Assembly: GCA_038279365.1 (NCBI GenBank)
Contig: JAYODI010000083.1
Coordinates: forward strand, 1-25,565
DNA length: 25,565 bases
Direction of reading: 5' to 3'
Source: Candidatus Latescibacterota bacterium
GTDB lineage: Bacteria > Latescibacterota > UBA2968
The notes under the pieces were generated by a model. The model had not been told where the DNA came from. It was given only the letters and a program-made list of their open reading frames with translations, and searched no databases. The translations under genes were made by a program, and so were the position numbers. The first letter of the stretch is position 1, and every line of letters starts with the position of its first letter. Below are positions 1 through 8,354 of this stretch, piece by piece.

Positions 1-2
1 TT

Positions 3-782
3 GCTGGTGTGTTTGGTTTAGAAGCGCAAGCACCAGCAGCAACCAAATCTGTGATTGGTGCTCCTGGTGTGAATGAGAATGCTGAATTCTCACTCCGCTT
101 GGGCAGTGATCGCGTGATGGTTGGTGAGACTGTCTCCGTTGATGTATCTTTGGCCAACGTTCAAGCTTTGATGGGTTATCAGTTTGCTGTTAACTACGAA
201 ACCGACAAGTTCGAGTTCGTGGGTGCAGCTCCTGCCGATCAAGACTTGTTGGCTTCTACGGGTGGTGAAACCCCACTGTTCCATACTTGGGCAGACAAAG
301 CCGGTGAAGTAACTGTGGCTAACGCAGTGATCAACGGTTCGTCGGTCAATGGTGGTGGTGACATCGTTCGTTTGACCTTTAAGGTTCTGCGGGAATTTGA
401 AGACAACGCTCGTTTTGAAATTGCCAATGGGCTCATTGCTGATCCCAATCAACTTTCAAACTCGGCCGTTGTTGCTGGTTTGCTCGAAATTCAAAGCACA
501 CCAACAGAGTTTGCACTGCTCCAGAACTTCCCGAATCCGTTTAACCCAGAAACCACGATTCAGTACAATTTGTCTGAGTCTGCTGACGTAACCTTGCACA
601 TTTATAATGTGGTTGGCCAAGTCGTGCGGACCTTGGTATCCGAACGGCAAGCTGCCGGTCGCTACCGGGTTCAGTGGAGTGGGATGGACGATCGTAGTGT
701 GCCCGTATCGAGTGGAATTTATTTCTACGAGATTCGTGCAGGGAAGAACAAAGACGTACGGAAGCTGATGCTGCTCAAGTAA
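3..782 (+). CDS. C-terminal part of a secreted protein with a cohesin-like domain and a FlgD-Ig/T9SS type A sorting-like C-terminal domain (5' truncated by window edge)
   Basis: The frame is open to the window start. It has a cohesin-like segment (VGETVSVDVSLANVQALMGYQFAVNYETDKFEFV) followed by the CTD signature LLQNFPNPFNPETTIQY...YNVVGQVVRTLV...W.G...SSGIYFY...KLMLLK. Confidence 0.85.
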   Translation, partial: AGVFGLEAQAPAATKSVIGAPGVNENAEFSLRLGSDRVMVGETVSVDVSLANVQALMGYQFAVNYETDKFEFVGAAPADQDLLASTGGETPLFHTWADKAGEVTVANAVINGSSVNGGGDIVRLTFKVLREFEDNARFEIANGLIADPNQLSNSAVVAGLLEIQSTPTEFALLQNFPNPFNPETTIQYNLSESADVTLHIYNVVGQVVRTLVSERQAAGRYRVQWSGMDDRSVPVSSGIYFYEIRAGKNKDVRKLMLLK

Positions 783-793
783 TCTGCGACGGT

Positions 794-825
794 GTATGGG
801 TGTCTCCTTTGGGAGGCACCCATAC
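794..825 (+). terminator. Stem-loop after the first CTD gene (terminator or stabiliser)
   Basis: GTATGGGTGTCTCC-TTTG-GGAGGCACCCATAC forms a 14-bp stem with one G-U pair, shortly after the stop codon. The U-tract is weak. Confidence 0.6.
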
Positions 826-889
826 CTGTTGGATTGCGTTAGAAAATTCACGTAGATTTCAAGCAGACTTCAGTTCATAGGAGAGTGTG

Positions 890-2251
890 ATGTTTCTTAA
901 AAAAGGTTTTTTATTTGCTCTTGCACTGACGTTGGTTTTAGCAGGCAAAGCAATGGCTGGTCCAAACGCCGCTGCGGTGATTGGGCTCGACATTGATGCC
1001 AGCGGAAATGCAACCAATGAAGGTGTAACAAGCGCGACCGCTGCGGGTCAAACTGCGATTGAAGTTGAGTTGTTTACAACTCCAATTGCTGGTCCTGTTG
1101 TGGGTGCAGATATTGTTTTTGATCTCGATCAAGCCGTGGTGCAAGTTACGGGTTTTGCCCAAGCAAATGGTTTGTTCGCATTGGGAACATCCGCCAATAG
1201 TGTTTCTATTGGTGCAATTCCTTCGGGTACTTTGAGTGCCGCTGGTTATTGGGGTAAAGTAACTTTATCACCCCAAGTAGATGTAACTGGTGTTGAGTTC
1301 TCTGTTGGTATTACGCGTTATGTGGTTGTTGATGCTGCCAACAGCACCAGCCCAGACACGTTGACAACAACAACACGTTTGGTATTCAATGCACAACCCA
1401 AAATCACAGCAGATAAGACCATTGCGGTGATTCCTCGTGGTGGCCAAGCAACAGCTACAGTAACCGCTTCAGGTTTTGCTACTGGTGCAACCGTGACCTT
1501 TTCGAAGACCGTTACAGGTTCTGCTACAGTGACTGACGCCACAGCTGGTAATGTGTATACATTAACAGCCAGTGGTTCTGGTGCCGCAACAGTGGTTGTG
1601 ACTGCTTCTGATGGTACCACCACCACTTCTGCAGTAACGATTCAGTTTGACGAGCAAGTGCCCGTTGAATTGGCCTCGTTTGCTGGTGAATTAGCAAAAG
1701 ACCATGTGGTGCTCAATTGGTCAACCGCTTCTCAGACCAATAACGCAGGTTTCCGCGTATTGCGCAGCACAGACAAAGAAAATTATGAAGTTGTGAGTGA
1801 ACTCATCTCTGGTGCTGGCACAACCGATGTGTTGATGCCCTATAGCTTCATTGATGTGAACGTTCCTGCTTCTGAACAAGTGTTTTATGTGCTCGAACAA
1901 ATTGACTTAGACGGCACAATTCACCGTTCAAATGCTATTGAAGTGGTTTTGGGTGCACGTTTCTTAAACTTGCCCTCAGAATTTGCTTCTGCTGTTTATC
2001 CCAATCCTTTCAACCCTGCCACGACAATTTCTTATGACTTGCCTGTTGAAGGCGATGTGTCGATTGTGATCTACGACGCTATTGGTCAAGAAATTCGTCA
2101 GCTCGTGAACAATGGCCACACTGCTGGCCGTTATAGCGTTCAATGGGATGCAAAAGATGCATTGGGTCGCAGTGTGGGTAGCGGCGTTTATATTGCTAAG
2201 ATTAAAGCTGGTACTTTTTCAGCTACGCAAAAGATGTTGCTCTTGAAGTAA
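890..2251 (+). CDS. Secreted protein with a Thr/Ala-rich Ig-like region and a FlgD-Ig/T9SS type A sorting-like C-terminal domain
   Basis: It has a signal peptide (MFLKKGFLFALALTLVLAGKAMA), the VPVELASF...LNWSTASQTNNAGF motif and a YPNPFNPATTISY...SGVYIAKI...KMLLLK tail. An AGGAG lies upstream. The start is ATG890 or GTG887. Confidence 0.88.
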   Translation: MFLKKGFLFALALTLVLAGKAMAGPNAAAVIGLDIDASGNATNEGVTSATAAGQTAIEVELFTTPIAGPVVGADIVFDLDQAVVQVTGFAQANGLFALGTSANSVSIGAIPSGTLSAAGYWGKVTLSPQVDVTGVEFSVGITRYVVVDAANSTSPDTLTTTTRLVFNAQPKITADKTIAVIPRGGQATATVTASGFATGATVTFSKTVTGSATVTDATAGNVYTLTASGSGAATVVVTASDGTTTTSAVTIQFDEQVPVELASFAGELAKDHVVLNWSTASQTNNAGFRVLRSTDKENYEVVSELISGAGTTDVLMPYSFIDVNVPASEQVFYVLEQIDLDGTIHRSNAIEVVLGARFLNLPSEFASAVYPNPFNPATTISYDLPVEGDVSIVIYDAIGQEIRQLVNNGHTAGRYSVQWDAKDALGRSVGSGVYIAKIKAGTFSATQKMLLLK

Positions 2252-2270
2252 TTGCAACCCACAAAGATTT

Positions 2271-2304
2271 AAAAAGGCCATCGGAGAAATCCGATGGCCT
2301 TTTT
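2271..2304 (+). terminator. Rho-independent terminator (bidirectional shape)
   Basis: AAAAAGGCCATCGGA-GAAA-TCCGATGGCCTTTTT is a perfect stem with a GNRA loop and T-tract. Confidence 0.9.
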
Positions 2305-2318
2305 GTTTTATATGCCAA

Positions 2319-2347
2319 TTGACTTTGATTTTTAAGGGTATTATATT
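2319..2347 (+). promoter_or_regulatory. sigma70-type promoter
   Basis: TTGACT-N17-TATATT sits between the terminator and the oxidoreductase gene, which has an AAGGAG RBS. Confidence 0.6.
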
Positions 2348-2393
2348 CGTGCCTCTTTGAAGAGGGGAAACATCATTTAAAGGAGTTTGGGAT

Positions 2394-3404
2394 ATGAATA
2401 AGGTTCGTATGGGGTTAATTGGTTGTGGGGGTAATATGGGCGGGCATTTGCGGCGGTTGATGGACATGCCGGATGTAGAGATCGTGGCTTTGGCCGACCC
2501 GAGTGAGGCAAGTTTTGAGCGTTTGTTTACACGCGTACCAGAGGCAAAAGAATTGCCTCGCTTTGCTGATCACAAAGCTATGTTGGCTCAAGTGGAGATG
2601 GATGCCGTAGAGATATCAACACCACATACCCTGCATTTTGAGCAGATTATGGACAGCTTGGATAAGGGATTGCATGTGTTAAGTGAAAAACCGATGGTTT
2701 GTTCGGTTGAGCATGCATTTGAAGTGATGGACAAGGCTGAAGAGGTTGGAAAAATTTTAATGGTTTCTTATCAGCGGCATTTGGCTCCTACATTCCGATT
2801 TATTCGCAATCAGATTCAAACTGGAGAAATTGGTGATGTTTTGTTTGTGCAGGCCATGCAAGACCAACATTGGTATTGGAACCAGCAGGGCAAATGGCGA
2901 CAAGTTCACGCCCTGTCGGGTGGTGGGCAACTTAATGATTCAGGTAGCCATTTATTGGATATTGTGCTGTGGATGATAGATGAGACACCGCATACGGTTT
3001 CGGCAATGATGGACAATTTTGATACTGAGGTAGATATTAATTCGGCATTAACCATCAAATTTGAAAATGGTGCATTGGCAAACTTTTCGGTGGTTGGAAC
3101 TGGCCCTGGCCCTGGCATGTGGGAAGATATTACAATATGGGGTTCAAAAGGTGCTATTTATTCGAGAAATGGCAAAGTGACGTGTAAATATGGTGGAAAA
3201 GATCCTGTGGAAATAGACCATTTGCCTTCACGGTTTGATAGTCCTGATCAGAATTTTGTTGATGCCATTTTGGGTAGAGACGAAATACAAGTACCTCCCT
3301 CTTGTGGATTGCGTGTGATTCAGCTTACGGAAGCGGCTTGGGAATCTGCTGAAAAAGGTGGGCGTCCAGTGCGTGTTAAAACGGCACGAAAGAGAAAAAA
3401 GTAG
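2394..3404 (+). CDS. Gfo/Idh/MocA family NAD(P)-dependent oxidoreductase
   Basis: It has an N-terminal Rossmann motif (GLIGCGGNMG), ISTPHTLH, HVLSEKPM and GGGQLNDSGSHLLD. Confidence 0.92.
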   Translation: MNKVRMGLIGCGGNMGGHLRRLMDMPDVEIVALADPSEASFERLFTRVPEAKELPRFADHKAMLAQVEMDAVEISTPHTLHFEQIMDSLDKGLHVLSEKPMVCSVEHAFEVMDKAEEVGKILMVSYQRHLAPTFRFIRNQIQTGEIGDVLFVQAMQDQHWYWNQQGKWRQVHALSGGGQLNDSGSHLLDIVLWMIDETPHTVSAMMDNFDTEVDINSALTIKFENGALANFSVVGTGPGPGMWEDITIWGSKGAIYSRNGKVTCKYGGKDPVEIDHLPSRFDSPDQNFVDAILGRDEIQVPPSCGLRVIQLTEAAWESAEKGGRPVRVKTARKRKK

Positions 3405-3406
3405 GG

Positions 3407-3435
3407 TTGACATCCCCCCCATGGGTCGGTATAAT
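3407..3435 (+). promoter_or_regulatory. Perfect-consensus sigma70 promoter
   Basis: TTGACA (3407-3412), a 17-nt spacer, then TATAAT (3430-3435). Confidence 0.8.
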
Positions 3436-3468
3436 TAGGGTATAACCCCACCCTAAGGGGAAATTGTT

Positions 3469-3783
3469 ATGCAAGTGCGACCCGTTGAATTTCAAGAGAG
3501 TTTTGCGCGTTTGCCTGTTGAACAGGCCCGCCAACAACATGTTTTACAACGTGAACCTGATTTGGCACGTGATCAATCGGCACGGGTAAATGCCGATGCG
3601 CACCTGCGGGATTTGGGGCGGCCCGTTGAAACCTCTCAAACAGAAGGTCTCATTATTCAAGCAGATCAAAATAGCTCATTTGAGCAACGGTCAAAAAGGC
3701 GTCGTCAATCGGGTGGGGAAGATGAACGTTCACCGCAACGGCAAAATCCCCAGTTGGGGCGCAATTTGGATATTATTGTTTAA
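3469..3783 (+). CDS. Small hydrophilic hypothetical protein (Q/R-rich, C-terminus LGRNLDIIV)
   Basis: A 104-aa ORF directly downstream of the consensus promoter, with an AAGGGG RBS. It fills the gap between its neighbours. Confidence 0.75.
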   Translation: MQVRPVEFQESFARLPVEQARQQHVLQREPDLARDQSARVNADAHLRDLGRPVETSQTEGLIIQADQNSSFEQRSKRRRQSGGEDERSPQRQNPQLGRNLDIIV

Positions 3784-3856
3784 ATGGATATTGTTTTGAA
3801 TCTGCAACGGTTAGTTGACTTGGAAAATATTTTTCATTAAAAAGCCGGAGGTTGTG

Positions 3857-4792
3857 ATGAATCGGTGGTTTAAGTTTTTTGTTATCGGTATCTTTGTTGC
3901 AAATTGGGTTGGCTCCGCACAAGGAGAAAAGATAACGTTGGCATTGAAGTTTCCTGAGGGCAGAACGACAGAGTACAAAAACAAATACCGATTTGAATAT
4001 TACAGCAATCGCGCCGAGTTGATTGTGATGCAAAGTGGGTCGATGCGTGCGATTGTTGAAAGTGAATGGCGTAGCGAAGAAAAAGTGATCAAACCCGAAG
4101 CATTACCAGATGAAGAGATACCTGCCGGGGTTATGGCAGTTCATGCGGGTATCAGCAAAGCCGCCAGTGCAGCAATTTTTTTGGGTGAAAAACAAACATA
4201 CGAACAATATCCGCTCACATTTGAAATGTTTAATGACCGTGCTTTTAAATGGCGTGTGACCCCACAAGGTGAAATTCAAAAATTTGCACCCGATTTTCCG
4301 GGTTATCGCGTTGAGCGCCAAGATCTTATAACAGATATTTATCAAGCTTGGGTACCTGCGATGACCCCTGTTTTGCCAGATGGGCCTGTAGGTGAAGGTG
4401 ACTCTTGGACGGGCGAACGTGTTTTTGAACGTCCATTTGTGAGTATGGATATGATGCGGCGAAAATCTTTGGTGCATATCAAAAGTAAATATCGTGTAAA
4501 AGAAATGAAGAACCGCAAAGGGCGTATGGAAGTCAAAATAGAAGAAGAACGAGAAGTGGAATATAAAGGATGGTTGGATGTGAGTGCGGCATCGTTGTTT
4601 TTGCATGGGTCAGGTATTGGAGAAGGGGAATGGGTTGTAGATGCGACCAATGGGCTTTTGTTGGAGCATAAGATGCATATGGATATCGACCAACCCGTTG
4701 TGATTAAAGCAGGTAAAGTAGACCCATTGGCAGATATTCATGCAGAACTGAAAATTGATGTTGAGCGCAAATTGGAAAAAATTAAAAAATAA
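3857..4792 (+). CDS. Hypothetical exported protein (probably beta-rich)
   Basis: A GGAGG RBS before ATG3857 gives a signal peptide MNRWFKFFVIGIFVANWVGSAQG. The PVLPDGPVGEGDSW segment recalls DUF6263-like proteins (tentative). Confidence 0.75.
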   Translation: MNRWFKFFVIGIFVANWVGSAQGEKITLALKFPEGRTTEYKNKYRFEYYSNRAELIVMQSGSMRAIVESEWRSEEKVIKPEALPDEEIPAGVMAVHAGISKAASAAIFLGEKQTYEQYPLTFEMFNDRAFKWRVTPQGEIQKFAPDFPGYRVERQDLITDIYQAWVPAMTPVLPDGPVGEGDSWTGERVFERPFVSMDMMRRKSLVHIKSKYRVKEMKNRKGRMEVKIEEEREVEYKGWLDVSAASLFLHGSGIGEGEWVVDATNGLLLEHKMHMDIDQPVVIKAGKVDPLADIHAELKIDVERKLEKIKK

Positions 4793-4818
4793 CCGTTTGT
4801 TTGAAATTTGAAGATGGC

Positions 4819-4847
4819 TTGACACTGGGGTTTGGATATGCTAAACT
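4819..4847 (+). promoter_or_regulatory. sigma70-type promoter of the UBact-proteasome operon
   Basis: TTGACA (4819-4824)-N17-TAAACT (4842-4847), with an extended -10 TG at 4839-4840. Confidence 0.7.
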
Positions 4848-4879
4848 TTGTTTGAGGTTGGTTCCAAATCTTCAGCTTG

Positions 4880-4910
4880 AATAACCACCTGCTATATGTA
4901 GGTGGTTATT
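4880..4910 (+). promoter_or_regulatory. Strong hairpin in the operon leader (terminator, attenuator or stabiliser)
   Basis: AATAACCACCTGC-TATAT-GTAGGTGGTTATT has an 11-bp perfect outer stem plus 2 further pairs. Confidence 0.55.
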
Positions 4911-5041
4911 GTTTACCATCTGAATTTTGCTGTCTACCCGATGCATCATTTTCGATCTGAAAGGAGTGCGCCGTTATAAACTCTCACGATTCTGATCGTT
5001 CGCGAAAAACGCCTGATGACTTTCTTCAGGATTATGTTGAT

Positions 5042-6682
5042 ATGCAGCATACGTTTCAATCCTTGTCTATTATAGATCAAATCTTAATGACCATGGATGA
5101 AAAGGACAAACGACGCCCGTTGTTGTACCAGTTGCGTCGGCAACTTCAAGAAGATGAAATCACTTTTGAAGAAGCCCGTCGTAGCATTATTGAATTGGAA
5201 AACGCACTCGAAAAAGTGACAGCACCGGCCAATCGTGTGGGCACATTGCTTTCTCCACCCAAAGATGGTGTGGCATATATTCAGGTGGGAGGCGCAGAAT
5301 ATTATGCCAACCTCGATGCACGTATCCATGAAGACTCACTCAAGGTGGGTACCCGTGTATTGGTGAATGATGCGTTTGCGGTGGTTGGCGATATGGGAGA
5401 ATCACCCTCGGGAACAGTTGGCAAAATTCTTGATGCGTTTGCTGATGGTCGTTTGCAGGTGGGCAATGAGCAAGGGACGCAATCGCACATATTGATTCGC
5501 AGCACAGATTTGGAAAATGTGAGTTTGAAAACGGGTGAAGAAGTTCGTATTGACCCTGGATATCGTGTGGCATTGGAAAAAATGCCACATACCGAAACAA
5601 AAGACTATTATTTGGAAGAAGTGCCCGAATTGCCTTGGGATAAGGTGGGGGGGCACGATGATGCCATTCAGGCCATTAAAGACACCATTGAAATGCCCGT
5701 ATTGCACCCCGAATTGTTTGAACGCTTCCAATACAGCACACCCAAAGGTTTTTTGTTGTATGGCCCTCCAGGATGTGGCAAAACACTTATAGGAAAAGCC
5801 ACGGCGTATAATTTGGAAAAACAAGTTCAAAAAGATGGTCTCAATTTGAAGTCTTGTTTTATGCACATTAAGGGACCTGAAATTTTGAATATGTGGTTGG
5901 GCGAATCGGAGCGTAAGGTGCGTGAGATTTTTTCTCAGGCGCGAGAAAAGCGCAAAGAAGGTTATTTGCCCGTGGTGTTTATTGATGAAGCAGAATCTGT
6001 ATTGGGCACTCGGCGGGCGGCGCGTGGGCACAATATTTCCAATACGGTTGTGCCTATGTTTTGCGCCGAAATGGATGGCATTGAATCGTTACAAGATATT
6101 GTGATTATTTTAACATCTAATCGCCCAGATATGATTGATCCTGCTATTTTGAGGCCTGGGCGTATAGATCGTAAAATTAAGGTCAGCAGACCTGATGAAA
6201 CATCGGCCAAAGAAATATTGGGTATTTATTTGACCAAAGATTTACCCATTGCCGAAAAAGAAATAACAGAACACGATGGTAATATTGATGGTGCCGTTGC
6301 AGATATTGTTTCACAAACGATCGCTGAGATTTTTGCGAAGCGCGATGATACGCGGTTTTTAGAAGTCACATTGAGAAGTGGACGAAAAGATATTTTGACG
6401 CGTGGTGATTTGTGTAGTGGTGCAATCTTGGAGTCTATTGTGAGGCGCGCAAAAGAATATGCCATTAAACGATCTATCGCTTCTGGTAAAGAAGAAGGCA
6501 TCGGATATGATGATATGCTGTTGGCGGTAGAAACGGAATTTGCAGAAAATGAAATTTTCCCACCCTCCGATAATTCTGAGGATTGGCTTAAATTGCTTGA
6601 TTATGACCCCGAAAATGTGGTGCGGGTGGCACCGATTCGCCCTGCGCGTGTTCGCCGTGCGAATCGACAAGGTGTGATTTAA
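5042..6682 (+). CDS. arc: Proteasome-associated AAA+ ATPase ARC/Mpa (true start possibly upstream at ATA4976)
   Basis: It has an N-terminal coiled coil, OB-like interdomain region, LEEVPELPWDKVGG, Walker A GPPGCGKT, HIKGPEILNMWLGESER, Walker B VVFIDEAE, SNRPDMIDPAILRPGRIDRKI and FLEVT...SGAILESIVRRAKEYAIKR. It is the first gene of a dop/prcBA/pafA operon. Confidence 0.95.
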   Translation: MQHTFQSLSIIDQILMTMDEKDKRRPLLYQLRRQLQEDEITFEEARRSIIELENALEKVTAPANRVGTLLSPPKDGVAYIQVGGAEYYANLDARIHEDSLKVGTRVLVNDAFAVVGDMGESPSGTVGKILDAFADGRLQVGNEQGTQSHILIRSTDLENVSLKTGEEVRIDPGYRVALEKMPHTETKDYYLEEVPELPWDKVGGHDDAIQAIKDTIEMPVLHPELFERFQYSTPKGFLLYGPPGCGKTLIGKATAYNLEKQVQKDGLNLKSCFMHIKGPEILNMWLGESERKVREIFSQAREKRKEGYLPVVFIDEAESVLGTRRAARGHNISNTVVPMFCAEMDGIESLQDIVIILTSNRPDMIDPAILRPGRIDRKIKVSRPDETSAKEILGIYLTKDLPIAEKEITEHDGNIDGAVADIVSQTIAEIFAKRDDTRFLEVTLRSGRKDILTRGDLCSGAILESIVRRAKEYAIKRSIASGKEEGIGYDDMLLAVETEFAENEIFPPSDNSEDWLKLLDYDPENVVRVAPIRPARVRRANRQGVI

Positions 6683-6693
6683 AATTTGTGGTA

Positions 6694-6724
6694 TGGCAAA
6701 TGGCAAACGTGATGCCATTTGTCA
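6694..6724 (+). other. Intergenic hairpin between arc and dop
   Basis: TGGCAAATGGCA-AACGTGA-TGCCATTTGTCA is a 12-bp stem with one G-U pair and no clear U-tract. Confidence 0.5.
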
Positions 6725-6794
6725 ATTTGGGGTGGACGACGAAAAGCACTTTTTGCTGTTTACCCTTTGCAAGGTATATGGGTTAAGAGGGATT

Positions 6795-8327
6795 ATGGAA
6801 CGGTTGTTTGGATTAGAAACCGAATATGGTATTACCATCGATGGGGTAGACAAAATAGATGTGGTTGAAGAGTCGATGCAATTGATTCGGTGTTACCAAA
6901 TGGGCGATTTTGTGCCCCTATGGGATTATCAACTTGAAAACCCGCGCAAAGATGAACGCGGGTTTGAAGTTGAAAATTTGTTGAATGATTTGGATGAAAA
7001 AGTTCATATCCAACAAGACCGCAAAAGAAAAATTCCGTTTAAAGAATTGAAGAGTGATCTGATTATTTTTAATGGTGCACGGTTTTATAATGACCACACC
7101 CATCCTGAATTTTCGACGGGTGAATGTTTAAGCCTTTTTGAATTGGTTGCACAAGATAAGGCGGGTGAGCGTATTGTAGATATTTGTGCGCAGCGCAGAA
7201 CCGAAAGCTTAAAAACAGGTACTGTACAAATGTACAAAAACAATACGGACTTTGAAGGACATAGTTATGGGTGCCATGAAAACTATTTAATGGATCGCAA
7301 GATTCCTTTTGAACGCATCGTGGATGGATTGTTGCCTTTTTTTGCAACGCGCCAAATTTATGCAGGTGCAGGTAAGGTGGGTGTGGAGCGGGAAGACAAA
7401 GCCCCTTTGTATCAATTGAGCCAACGCGCAGAGTTTTTTGAAGTGATTGCCAGCGTAGACACCATGCACAAACGCCCAATGGTGAACACACGTGACGAGC
7501 CACATGCCGATCCTGAGAAATATCGCAGGCTTCATGTGATTGTGGGCGATGCCAATATGTCGGAATATATTACGGCATTAAAGGTTGGCACAACCGTGTT
7601 GGTTGCCGATTTGATAGAAGTAAATGCGTTGCCCAATTACAAGCTCAAAGATTCGATTGCTGCGATGAAAAATATTGCAAGAGACCAGACGTATCAGTGG
7701 TTGGTTGAACAAGAAGGTGGGCGCTTGGTTTCTGCCATTGAAATTCAAGATGCCTATTTGGAAAAGGCGCGCGCTGAATTTGCTGGCCGAGATAGAGAAA
7801 CCGATTGGGTGTTGGGTGCTTGGGAAGATGTGTTGGGGAAATTGGCTCAAAACCCAATGGACTTGGTGGGCACCTGCGATTGGGTAACCAAAAAATGGTT
7901 GGTTGATAGTTTTTGCGAAGCCGAAAATTTATCTTGGGATAACCCAGACGATGTGTTTTGGATGCAAAGCCAAGATTTGGAATATCACAATGTGGATCGT
8001 GAGGCAGGGCTATATTATTTGTTAGAAGCCCAAGGGCAAATGGTGCGTGTGGTGGGAGACGATGAAATTGCCACGGCAATGTCGGAACCACCTACAGGTA
8101 CGCGTGCTTATTTTCGGGGGCGGTGCTTAGAAAAATTTGGTACCCATGTGGCTTCTATTAACTGGGATCGCATTGTGCTCAAAGACAATAACAAACAACA
8201 TGCTGTAGATATGAAAAGATTGGTTGATTCTGAGTGGGTTCGTCGCTATAATTTGGCATTAGATGATTCGGAAACATTGGTAGAATTTCTGGATGCTTTG
8301 CAGAAGATTGATGCAGATCAGTCTTGA
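6795..8327 (+). CDS. dop: Dop-like deamidase/depupylase (PafA2 family)
   Basis: MERLFGLETEYGI follows an AAGAGGG RBS. It has a Dop-loop-like WDYQLENPRKDERGF, NGARFYNDHTHPE, KNNTDFEGHSYGCHENY, NTRDEPHADPEKYRRLHVIVGDANMSE, DLEYH and TRAYFRG. Confidence 0.93.
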   Translation: MERLFGLETEYGITIDGVDKIDVVEESMQLIRCYQMGDFVPLWDYQLENPRKDERGFEVENLLNDLDEKVHIQQDRKRKIPFKELKSDLIIFNGARFYNDHTHPEFSTGECLSLFELVAQDKAGERIVDICAQRRTESLKTGTVQMYKNNTDFEGHSYGCHENYLMDRKIPFERIVDGLLPFFATRQIYAGAGKVGVEREDKAPLYQLSQRAEFFEVIASVDTMHKRPMVNTRDEPHADPEKYRRLHVIVGDANMSEYITALKVGTTVLVADLIEVNALPNYKLKDSIAAMKNIARDQTYQWLVEQEGGRLVSAIEIQDAYLEKARAEFAGRDRETDWVLGAWEDVLGKLAQNPMDLVGTCDWVTKKWLVDSFCEAENLSWDNPDDVFWMQSQDLEYHNVDREAGLYYLLEAQGQMVRVVGDDEIATAMSEPPTGTRAYFRGRCLEKFGTHVASINWDRIVLKDNNKQHAVDMKRLVDSEWVRRYNLALDDSETLVEFLDALQKIDADQS

Positions 8328-8354
8328 AAAGATCACCTTTAGGAGGTTGATAGT

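Noticed and set aside
3815-3856. TTG start at 3815 for the exported protein
   Set aside because: ATG3857 has a GGAGG RBS and puts the signal peptide at the N-terminus.
6693-6794. N-terminal extension of Dop from ATG6693
   Set aside because: Family homology begins at MERLFGLETEYG (ATG6795), which has an RBS. The extension overlaps an intergenic hairpin.
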